Assembly (NCBI GenBank): GCA_013265495.1
Contig: MU060665.1
Location: 372,001-436,000, forward strand
Source: Vicugna vicugna
Taxonomy: Eukaryota
Length of the DNA: 64,000 nt
Direction of reading: 5' to 3'
Shown here: piece by piece, positions 1 to 10,349 of the stretch
Position numbering within the stretch: position 1 is the first letter of the stretch
Layout of the letters: each line of letters begins with the position of its first letter
Made by a program: the position numbers and the translations under genes
Notes under the pieces: model-generated
Databases searched by the model: none
What the model was told of the DNA's origin: nothing
What the model saw: the letters and a program-made list of their open reading frames with translations, nothing else

Positions 1-1818
1 CCCCAGGCCGTTCTCTATCCTTCAGAGCACTTACCACAATCTGTCGTTTTCTTCTCACTGGTCTGTCATTTCCTCTAGGGTGTAAGTGCCATAACAGCAC
101 GTCTCTCTGCTCTGCTTAACTCTAGCTTGCAGCCCAGCGCAGCATTGAAAAACATCCTTGTATTTTTTTAAAAGAGTTTTTCGCTTAGACTTTCTCGTAT
201 TCACTGCTTTGCTGGACTTGGCCTGTGCTCTCTGCTCTGCCTGTGGTGCCTGCTTCCTCCTCACTTTCCTTGCTAACACCCACTCATCTGTCAAAACCCA
301 GCTCAGCTGCCTCCTCCTTTAGGAAATCATTCCTGAACTCAGTACGTAACACCCCAGGCAGAGATGAGCTGCTCTGTCTGGCCCCAGAACCAAGAACCTT
401 TGCTTTGCAGGGCTCCTTAAGGACTCTCTCCTGCACAGGAGCTCTTCAAAGGTGCAGAGAACAATCTAGAAATGGGAGGGCAGCGTTCAAGACACAGAAG
501 CCCCAGCTCCCAGCTTGGCAGCCTGGGTGGGGGAGGGGACCAGCTGGTGGGCGAAGCCGGTTTATCGATGTTGCTGGGAGCCCTGGGGAAATCAAGGTGA
601 AAGGCAGTGGTTCGCTAAGGAGGAGGCTCACCCCTGTTTATCAATCAGAGGGGCTGGGGCAGAGTGAAAAGATGTTCGGCTGCCTGCCAGAGGCTGCCCT
701 GACGAAGGAGACTCACAGCCACCACCGGGGCCCTGATGGCCTCAAGTGAGACCCTGCCTCCTGCCTCGGGCACTGTGAGCAGACACCGCTGCCCCCGAAG
801 GCTTTTTCAGCCTAGTCCTAATTCTAAAAACCCAAGCCTGGTTTTAGAAAACATGGTCGCTGGAGCCAGAAGGGCTGGCTAGGAGAAATCCCCTGCTCTT
901 GGCATCGTGTCAGGTACCAGGTGGCCCGGTGGGCGCTGGCCCCGGGAGCCTCATTCACCCTTCTGTGGGCCTGTCAGTCCCTCAGCCTCTCAGCCAGGGC
1001 CTGGTAGAGCAGGGTGGGATGAGCAGAGCCAGCCTAGGAGGATGGAGGAGCAGGTGCGTGACTAGAGCAGGGACACACAGAGGAGACACCAGAAGCCTGC
1101 TATCCGCCCGAGGAGCCAGGCAGCTGAAGAGGTAACACAGGGCTAACCCAAGCACGGAAGGAGGGGTGGACCCTTGCCTGCCCCCGTCTACCCTCCCCAC
1201 CCAGCTGCCCCAGCAGAGGGAGCTCGCTTGGCACCCCACCTGCTCCACCCAGTGCTGAGGCCATCTGAGCAGAGTGAAGATGTCAAAGAGAAAACCCCAA
1301 ATCGGATTGAGGCTCCTGTTCCCCCTTAATGAGGTTCATTACCGGCTGCTCTGATCCTTGTAAAACCCAGCAGACCGGATTGGGGGCAGGCTCTCTAATC
1401 TGGTTGACTCCTCCCCGCTGAGCAGACAGCCCAGGCCGGTGGCTCTGGGCTCTCACAAACAAGCCCTCACTTTCCTGGAGATGTAGGAGGCCTGGCTGAC
1501 GACGGCCAGGCAGCTGCAGGCAAGGTTCCTGGAGCAGAACTGAGAACCCTGGGGCAGGTGCTCCCCGGGAGGGTGGGGACAGAAGGAGGCGGGATTGTGG
1601 GGCTAGAGGCACGGAGAGCTCTGTGGGCAGTGGAGGGGGGCGCCCATCCAGGAGAGAGGGGCTGGGACAAGGGCACCTTGTCCCCCGTAGGCCAGGAGTT
1701 AAGTGAGCTGGCTGGATCCCAGGTGAGGCTGGGTTTTGCGAATTCTATCCAGACCTGGACACTATGTCTCCAAGTAGCAAGTTAAAGAACACACCGGTGC
1801 TTGCCTTAACGAAAATAA

Positions 1819-1824
1819 TTTATT
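1819..1824 (-). terminator. QSOX1 polyadenylation signal AATAAA
   Basis: First AATAAA I found downstream of the stop (about 1.07 kb), followed on the minus strand by a GU-rich element (GTGTGTTCTTT) about 30 nt further on. Confidence 0.75.
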
Positions 1825-2599
1825 CCACAGCCTCCCTAACAGTGGGTAGCGTGGGAATCAGCATGTGTACAGCGCTGTCCTCCTCCTCTCTGAAGCTTTT
1901 AACCTCTACACGATGGCAGGTGGGCCCACAAGGGGAACACTCCCGTCATTCCAGCTCCCTCCACGTTCAAAGGTGAGCATCTATTTTGGAGACTAAAATC
2001 AAAGGCCAAAAGACCCAGCTCTGAGAAGGGTGGAGACCAATAGGGAGAAGCCAAAGCACATTCAAAGCAAACGCTTCACTGGACCTCTCACAGCTAAGGC
2101 ACTAGAGGCCCCACCAGCCCTCCCTAGACCACACACCACCTGCTGGTCAGGGCCCGCCGAGCCAGCCACTCCCTGCGCCCAGTGCCACCACCACACCAGC
2201 TCCAGCCTGTGCCCATCCTGCAGCAGAGGTTTGAGAAGGAGCCAGCCAGAGGGTCTCCTACCACAGACCTCACCTGGGAGACCAGCATGACTTCTAGAAG
2301 CTTCCATACCCCACCCTAAAGCCAAACCCCGCCCAGGGGGTCTGAGGGGCTGCAGGACAGGCAAGCACAGAGGCCAGAGGCAGTCCTTCCTTCTCTGGTG
2401 CAAAAAGTTCTTCATATCCAGAAGGGAGCAGGATGGACGGAGTCCTGGGATGCGGGGAGGAGTTCCACTCCAGGTCCCCCAGCCCCAGGGCCCCTCCTCG
2501 GGAGATGGGAAACTTTGGAAACTGTGGCCTCACTTGCCCCAGTTTAGGGCCAACACCAAGCGGGAGACATTGAAGCTTCAGCGAGAATGAGGCAGGACT

Positions 2600-2608
2600 T
2601 CAAATAAG
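2600..2608 (-). CDS. QSOX1: Alternative terminal coding segment (Leu-Ile-stop) of the short secreted isoform, reached through a GC-AG intron at 2609-3315
   Basis: Acceptor ttcctctttttcag|CTT ATT TGA; in-frame donor GGG|GCAAGT at 3316/3315. Human QSOX1b is recalled to end in LI after an intra-exon-12 splice. Confidence 0.8.
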   Translation of the reverse strand, partial: LI

Positions 2609-2889
2609 CTGAAAAAGAGGAATTTGGTGCTGAGAGGCCAAGGATGGAGCCGCCCAACCCCACTGCCCAAGACTGCCCTCCCCCTGTGCTAGCAGATGAC
2701 CCTGGGTCCTGTGCATGTCTTTGTGTCTATGGAACACCCCGTTCCAGAAGGTGCCAGGAGGTTCACTAGAGCAACTGGTTTTCCTGGATTTCCTTGGACA
2801 AGGAGCAAGGGAGGAGGGGAAGAGGGTAGGGGGCGGGAAGAGTCCCTGGATGGCAGCTCCCTCTCCTGCCCCCTCCCAAGTTGGACAGT

Positions 2890-3662
2890 TCAGGCTGTGA
2901 GGTGGCTGGCATGGCCCTTCAGGGTCCTCATCCTGGCCCGGAAGTAGGTGTACACGGCCAGCAGGCCCATGAAGGACAGGGAGTAGAGCCCCACACAGAG
3001 GCTGATGTCCAGGTGGGAGATGTTCCCTTCCAACACCTGCAGCCACTGGCCCTGCCTGGCCCCCGCCTCGGGCTCCCCCTCAGGGATGCTGGCCAGCTGC
3101 TTGGAGCTGCGGCCCACTCGCCTCAGCTCTGCAGGGCCTCTGGGGAGGTTCTTCTCGGCCAGGAACTCAGCCAGCAACACGGCTCCTGTGTCTTGCCTGG
3201 TCAAGCGTTCCTGCCCTTTTGGCTGCTGAAGCTCTGCTATGTGCTCAGGAGGTCCCCAGTCTGGCTCAGCTGTGGCTGTGCCAAGACCAGGGTGCACCCC
3301 CTGGGGGTGACTTGCCCCAAGTCCCTCTGCTGGAACATCTGAGACAGTGGCTCCAGGGAGCTTTGTCCCTGGGTCCACCGTGGCCTCAGCCTTCTCAGGG
3401 CCCAGAGTAAAATTGCCAATCGCCAGCTCCAGCTCCACCTGCTTTGGGGGGACTCCCATCCTCTGTGCACCCCTCCGGGGGCTCAGCCCAGCTGAAGGAA
3501 GGCCCAGGACGATGTTGCTCGGGGAGAAGTGGGTCTTGAGGAAGGTGAGGGTGTTGCCCAGGTCCCACACGGGCGCACCCCGGAGTTCGTTGTGGCAGGC
3601 GGAACAGAGCTCGCGGGGTGGCCACTGCACCTTGGGGAACTGGGGGTCCTCGCTGGGGGCAC
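2890..3662 (-). CDS. QSOX1: QSOX1 exon 12 coding part, long isoform (CSAC, stalk, TM helix)
   Basis: ccccag|GT GCC...APSEDPQFPKVQWPPRELCSACHNE...LDISLCVGLYSLSFMGLLAVYTYFRARMRTLKGHASHLTA-stop; 773 nt. Confidence 0.97.
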
Positions 3663-5613
3663 CTGGGGAGGAAGCACACACAGGCTGGCTGTGACCCACT
3701 GGCCACCCGACAACGCAGACCTCATTCTTCCGTTTAGAACGGCAGTTTCCCCATCTGCAAAAATGGGGCACGAGAGGGCAGATGAAAAACCTAGCACAGG
3801 GCCTGGCCCACAGTGGAGCCCAATAATAGGGCCTTGCTGGGCGGGCAAGAAGGACTCCTTCCCGCCCCTCCCCGCCCCAGGACCACCGCAGTTTCCCTTC
3901 CAGTCCCTTCCCCGTGTTAACCCACAGTCTCCCTTTGCCGACCTCGCTGCTGGCCTGTACCCCGGGACCAGATGTGGGAGAGGGCAGGGAGACTCAGATG
4001 ACCTGTCTCCCAGTCTTTGGTTGGTCTCCTAGTATTTATCTTTTTGTGTGTTTTCTGAAATTTCCCAAGTCTTGTACAGTGGAGATACATTCATTTTGTA
4101 ATTAAAGGGAAGATGTTTTTAGAACAAGAGTTCAAGGCACAAGGTAGTTATGAGGCATTCTCCTTTACCCCCCTCTCCCCCCGCAGCCCTCTGGGGTAGG
4201 GAAGAGTTAGTGGAATCTCCGCCTCAGGTGGGCCCCAGGAGGGGGAGGAGCACACAGTCAGGAAGCTGCCCTGCCCACCAGGCTTTTGGAACCCCAAGCA
4301 GGGCCGGTACTGTGGGCAGAAGCTCAGGCTGCGTCCCAGAGGGCCTGCCACGGGCCCCTGGCGCAGCGCCACCTGGGGAATGCCAGTCAGCCCACGTCTC
4401 TTGGAGGAGGCCCCTCTCCTAGGGGCTTTAATAGTTGGGGGGAAAGGTGCTGGCCAGAATGAAGCAGCAGTAGCAAGTGACGTGAAAAACAGAATGGTTA
4501 TTTTGGGGAGGGAGCAACGAGCAGATTCTGAGGATCTGGCGGGAAGCGGTGCTGACCGGGCCCTGCGGTGTGAGCGCTCCACTTGCACCTGCTCATTGTT
4601 ACTAGCTGATCTGAAAGGAGCCCTGTAGAGAGAGCAGCGTACCGCCTTCCTTCCCGGCCCCTCGGCAAGTAGCACAGGCGGCAGCAGCTGGGCTCTGAGG
4701 GAAGCTGGGAGCCTGCCTGCTGAGGTCATGGGGCTGGAGGGTCAAACGGAGCATTTGGTGGCAGGGGTGGGGCAGGGGGAGAAGGGGAGGGGGGAGACAC
4801 AGGCACGTGTCTTCTTTTCAAAGTCCACCAGGAGGCCCCAGGAGATGAAGACCAAGTGCAGCCCCTGCACAGCCACCTGCTCCGCTGCTCCTTCAACCCC
4901 CGCCCCCGGCCTCATCCCCACGTCCCACCCCTGGGGGGTCCGTGGCAGCCAAGCCCACTTCCTCTCTCCCCACAGACAAGCCCAGGCTCCCACCCGCAGA
5001 TGGCTCCCTCCCCACCCACTAGCTTCTGGCCACCCCCGTCCCCAACCCCAGTTTAATGCCTTTCCCTGTCGGACCCATCAGACTCCTGTGCACGGGGAAC
5101 AGAGAGCACTGTAAATGAGGGCAACTCAGAAGATAAGGCTCCCCGCTGGTATCTCTAGGAAGGACCTGGTTTTTCTTTGCAAGCACATTTTATCAGTAGA
5201 CCCCTCCCAGGGGGTGGAAAGGCCCAGTTTTCTCCTCTCTATTGGTTTGAGTAAGGGACCAATGGCCAGAAAGCTCAGCAGGGGAGGTAGGAAGGGGCCC
5301 CAACAGGCCAGCGGGAGGGGCCCTGGTGAGGGGGAGAGAGTGAACAATGGCGTTGGCGGTTTAAGACCAGAATCTCGGGGTGTCAAAGCTCTGTTTCCTC
5401 ATCTAGAAGATGGGTCTAATGATACTGACATGCATCAGCAGGGCTGGCCGAGCGTGCGAAAGGGCTCCGGGCCGGAGGAGCACCGTGAAACACGGGGTGT
5501 TACCTGTGGGCAACGAAGTTCCCATCTCCTGCCTCTGGTCCAAGACTCCAAAGTTCCCCCACCTCATCCTCCCCCTGCAGGTGACCCCAGCCTTGGAGGT
5601 GGCCCTTCCCTAC

Positions 5614-5793
5614 CTGCGAGGCGGGCATTGACCTTGTTGTGGCTAGACCAGAACCAGAGGGCGGCGCTGTTGGGACTGGCCACCAGGTGCATGGAGGCAG
5701 AGGCCATCTGCTCGAAGTGGCGCGCGCAGTCCCGGCAGCCGAAGAAGAAGCGGACGTAGCCCCGGATGGCCTGCAGCACCTCCTGGGCCTTGG
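5614..5793 (-). CDS. QSOX1: QSOX1 exon 11 (FAD-proximal CRDC)
   Basis: ctgcag|CC AAG...KAQEVLQAIRGYVRFFFGCRDCARHFEQMASASMHLVASPNSAALWFWSSHNKVNARLA; donor CAG|GTAGGG; 180 nt. Confidence 0.98.
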
Positions 5794-6299
5794 CTGCAGG
5801 GGAGAGGACGCGCCAGTCACAGGCTGCTTGCCGCTGCCGGCCCCAACGCTGCCCCCGCCACAGGCCCACCGTGATCACCCCTGCTCAGGGAACACATACC
5901 CCAGCTATGAGGGGCCCAGGGTCTCTGTGCCTACTTCACCTCCCAGGGGTCACTTTGAGTTGATCCCATCTCCTCCCAAACTCTTAAACCTCAGCCTCTA
6001 TTTTCTGGCACTTATCCAGGCCTGCATCACTTACTGACACTTAGGATAAAGTCCAAACCCATCATAGTGATGCTCAGGCTCTTTGAGATGCGGCTGGAGA
6101 AGAAGGCAGGGCCAGAGTGCCCACCACCCAAACCCTGGGCCTCTACTCTGCCCCTCCTGCTTTAGGCTTCCTGTTTCAACTTGCTCCCCATCATGCCTCC
6201 TCCCCAGGGCACTACAACCAGAGTCCCTCCTGATCTGGCTCTGCACACCCCGTAATTTGTCTCCATCTCCGCTTGGCCCCCCATTCCCTCCCACTGGGC

Positions 6300-8560
6300 C
6301 CTCTGGACTGGCATCAGCACAGGCTCTGAATACCCCGCCACCTTCTTGCTCTGACACCTGGCTCCTCCTCCCTGAAGACACCGCTGTTCCCCCAACCCAC
6401 CCCTCCTAAACCCCTTTGTCTTCCACACTTCAAATAGCTCAGGGCTGGAGGTGGCGGGAGTACCCTCCCTCCCTGCTGTTGGCTGCTTCCAAACTCTCTC
6501 TCCTTCCTGCTGCAAAACTCCTTAAAAGCCCATCTCCTAGTCTCACCCCTCCATCCACTAGGACTCCAGCACCCTGCTCTCTGTCCTGCCTACCCCCATT
6601 CCCCGCACCGTCAGGCAACTTCAGGGCCCACACCAATCCACGCCTCAATTTTCACCTCAGCGTCCCCCTCGGCTCCTGCATCTACCTCTGCCACCACCCC
6701 ACCGCCTGCCCTGCAGCTTACAGACTCACCTCCCACCTGCCCTCACGCTCTGGACCTCACCCCCTCTCACCTCCTCCAAGATTTTACTCCTGTAAATATT
6801 TCTTTTTGTTATGACATCATCAACTTCTCCCTTGCATGGAAGAACGTATACCAACAGGTAAAAACCACTACAATAGAGAAACCCCTTCTCTGGTCCCAGT
6901 GACGCCCAAATCGCTCCCCCATTATCCTCGATTTCTCCCCTGCTCTTCACTCTTCAGCCCAATCCACCCAGGCCTTTCTCTCCTCTCATCCACCAGAACA
7001 GCTCTGGCCAGGGAGGTCCTCACCCGGCACCCCCTCCCAGGCACAGTGCTCTCCCTCTTGGAACTCTCTATCTGGGGAGCCCTCTTCAAACCGCAGTGGC
7101 TGCTCCTTCTTCGTCGCCTTTGCTGGCCCCGGCTCCCCTAGCAGAGGTCTGGGTGCTGAATGCCCCAGAGCCAGGCCTCAGCATTCTTTTCTGCCCACCC
7201 ACTAATGGGCTCAGCCAGTCCGAGGCCACGGGATTTGTATCGCTACCCTGGACCTCTCCCCAGAGCTCCAGACTCAGCTGTCTCCATCTCCGTGCAGATG
7301 CCCACAGGCAGAGACCATTAAACGCGCCCTCCCCATCTACTCCCCCCTACCCCTGAACCTTCTCATTTCTCGGCTCGTAGGACCAGCATCCACCCGACGT
7401 TCAGGCCCAACAAGTCCATGGTCCAACCAAAGTCTCTGATCTTGCATTTTCTTCATCACTGAGTCCTATCAGCTCTACCTTTAAAATACCCCCCAAATAT
7501 TTCACGTGCACACCTACCGCTCTAGTCCCAGCCACCACCACTCGTCTCCTGGGCCAGTTCCACAACTTCCCAATTGGCTGTCCTGCCTCCATCATGCGCC
7601 CTGTGGCCCACCCTCCACCCAGTAATCATCTCTAAAGCATTGATCGTCTGTATCACTCCCCTGCTTGAGGTCTCCAGGAGATTCTCATAACGCAGAAACT
7701 GAAATCCAGCTCCCTCCTTCACCAGGACCTCCATGTGCCCAACCCTTCTGCCTCCCCAACTCCCAGGCCCTGCCACGCCGGCCTCCTATGGGTGCTGCAA
7801 ACACGCCAGACACGTGCCCTGCACTTGCTAGTCCCTGATCTGTGTTTCGGGCTGCACAGCATCCTCTGAAATTCTCAGGCTGAAGTCCTAACCCCAGTAC
7901 TTCAGAATGTGACTGTATTCAGACAGAGGGTCTTTAAAGAGGTGACTCGGTGAGAATGAGGTCATCGGGGTGTATCCTGATCTGATGTGACTGGTGTCCT
8001 CGTAAGAAGAGGAAATTTGGACCCAGACAGGCACACACACAGTGAGGACCACGTGAAGATGCAGGGTGAAGATGGCCATCTATAAAACCAAGGAGAGGCC
8101 TCAGCAGAACCGACTCTGCCAACACTTTCGTCATGGACTTCCAGCCTCCAAAACCGAGCAAATGCATTTCTGTTGTACAGCGCTCTGCTATGCGGCCTGA
8201 GTGGACTCAGACAGCCAGGAAGGCTCGCGGCCTGGATGTCCCACTGCTGCCCCCCTCTCACCAGTCGGGTCTCAGTGCAGGGGCACAGCCCCAGAGAAGC
8301 CTTCCCCAGCCAGCCAGCCTGTCTAAACACAGCAGCCCCTCCCCAGCCCCTCTCCCGCACCACTTGGCTCTGTCTTCTTCACAGATTTATCATCACACCT
8401 GAAATGATCTATCTGTGTGTTTACTGTCTGCCTCCTGCCACTGGAATACTGTCCCCTTGAGGCAGGGACTTCTGGCTGCATGCATCGCCGTACCCCACCC
8501 CCAGAGCAGGCTTGGTTCTCGGAGACACTTCATAAATACTGGCTGACAGACTGATGGCTG
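6300..8560 (+). mobile_element. Degenerate LINE L2 fragments in intron 10, interrupted by an MLT1 LTR
   Basis: Pyrimidine-rich L2-like sequence ending in a typical L2 3' motif (tgtctgcctcctgccactggaatactgtccccttgagggcagggac) near 8420-8470. Boundaries approximate. Confidence 0.65.
7841..8213 (+). mobile_element. MaLR solo LTR (MLT1A/B-like)
   Basis: TG...CA ends and recalled MLT1 motifs (gaagtcctaaccccagtacttcagaatgtgac; gtgactggtgtcctcgtaagaagagg; catggacttccagcctcc). Confidence 0.8.
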
Positions 8561-9299
8561 TCCATGTGCCCAGCAGCTCCTCTAATCCCCCCTGCCTCTG
8601 CACAGGCTGTCCCCTCTGTTGGGGACCCTGTCCATCCGCTGACTTTTACTTACATCCTCTTGCCCCTCCAGACAGCGTGGAACACCCTCCTCTCCCCCTT
8701 GGCCCTGGGCCCTGCAGGGCAGCCCTTGGCCCACCGGTCTCACAGTCCACTGGGAGCAGGGACATCTCCTGTCCACCTCTGTATCCTCCAGGCTGAGCCA
8801 GGGCCTGGTCCCCCAGTGAACGTGGACTGAATTGGACGTCCACCCGTTCGGCTGTTACGTGTGGCTGTGAGACAGTGTGGGTCGTGGAGAGCAGCTGTGT
8901 GGTTTGGGGACAAAATGGGGCAAAGAGGGCAGAGTGCTTCCCATAGAAAATGATTTTTTCAGTGGGAAATACAGTAAAATTGTTCAGAGTCCATGGTATC
9001 AGCCACGTAAATTGTGAAAGAGACCAAATTCTTTTATGGGAGTATAAAAAAATAGAACCACAAACTTTTCATGAAGACTAAAAATAAAGCAAGCTTGCAG
9101 CTATGAGAAATCCAGGGAGAAGCTACACACCCCCGAGTTTGGTGGCTACTCCAGGCCCGCCCCACTCTGGTTCCACGCTGGTTGTGTGTGGACAGCTGCA
9201 AACACAGACTGCCCTAAGTCCGGGCCTGCAGCAGGGAGCCGGGGAGGGCAGGGCAGGGCGGGGCGGGCTGAGGCACGGGGCGCACAGGCCCAGACTCAC

Positions 9300-9447
9300 C
9301 TGTCTCTTGTGAGGGGTCGACATGCTGCCGAGCTGCCTGCACAGTCAGGAAGTGGAAGAGGAGCCACAGGGAGCAGGGAAAGCCCCGGAAATGCGGCTCG
9401 CTCCCCTGGCAGCCGACCCAGTTCACCTTCTTGGCAATCACAGTGCC
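9300..9447 (-). CDS. QSOX1: QSOX1 exon 10 (start of Erv/ALR FAD domain)
   Basis: cttag|[49 protein letters not shown]; donor CAG|GTGAGT; 148 nt. Confidence 0.97.
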
Positions 9448-10226
9448 CTAAGGGACACATCTGAGTGTGAGTGCATATATAGAGAAGAAACAGGAGCTGG
9501 CATGGGGGGTGGGGAGAGTGGCTTGCAGGAGACTCAGAGGTCAGCACACAGTCTGAAGACAAATGGTCCCTCTCTCAGTCTATCACTTTGAAAGTGGCAT
9601 TTCCCTTTCACTGGCTGCGTCTGTCAAAGGAGTAGCAGATCTGAAAACCCAAGACAGAGGTCAAGCCATGTCCTTATTCCAGCCTCAACTTTCCCATCTA
9701 TAGAAGGGGTTGATCTCCGAGGTCCCTTCAAGCTTTGACATTGCAAACGTCTGCAAGGTTTTGTGCCTCTGCTGGCTGACACGGCCCACCTGTGTCAACA
9801 GCTGTGTGAGCAGGAGCCCAGAGAGCTGCCCCTGGAGAGAACCAGAGCGGATGAGCAGGATGGGCCTGGAGGCAGCAGAGAGCTGTAGTTAAAATCTCTC
9901 TCACACCCATGGTCTCACAATTGGTTCTAAACCTCAGTGCAACCACTTACGGGCTGCACGATCTTAGACAAGTTGCTGGACCTCAGTGTCATCATCTGCT
10001 TAAGGGGGCTATGTCTGCCTTCCCCCAGCTTGGTGAGGATTGCGTGAGGTATGCGGAGAGAGCTCAGTAAGGAGCAGGTTACTAATTACTAACCAAAGGA
10101 CCCAACCAAGATCACTGACTCCTTCCTGAATGCAGGCTGGTGACGGAGGAGAGAGGTGACAGGGTTAACCCCTTCCACTCCCAGAGATGGAGATCTTCCT
10201 TCACCCCCACCCTACCCCAGACTCAC

Positions 10227-10349
10227 CTCCTTCCTGTTGTCCAGGGCAGTTTTAAAGAAACCGTAGGGGATTTTCCTTCTCTGCTGTTTCCTGAGCCAGT
10301 CATTCACGGAGTGCAGGAAGTTCTGGACTAAGGGCTGGCCAGGGTAGTA
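10227..10349 (-). CDS. QSOX1: QSOX1 exon 9
   Basis: ctgcag|YYPGQPLVQNFLHSVNDWLRKQQRRKIPYGFFKTALDNRKE; donor GAG|GTGAGT; 123 nt. Below the ORF-track length cutoff. Confidence 0.96.

Noticed and set aside
1-1790. Possible read-through lncRNA downstream of QSOX1 (human has FLJ23867 here) or start of LHX4
   Set aside because: Nothing in the sequence alone supports a transcript, and no LHX4 coding sequence is in the window.
4148-5759. 193-aa (-) and 214-aa (+) ORFs in and around intron 11
   Set aside because: No protein-family features. The + ORF partly shadows exon 11, and the length is explainable by GC content.
9241-9268. G4-like run next to the exon 10 donor
   Set aside because: G-runs are on the template strand, so they are absent from the pre-mRNA. 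Common in GC-rich introns.
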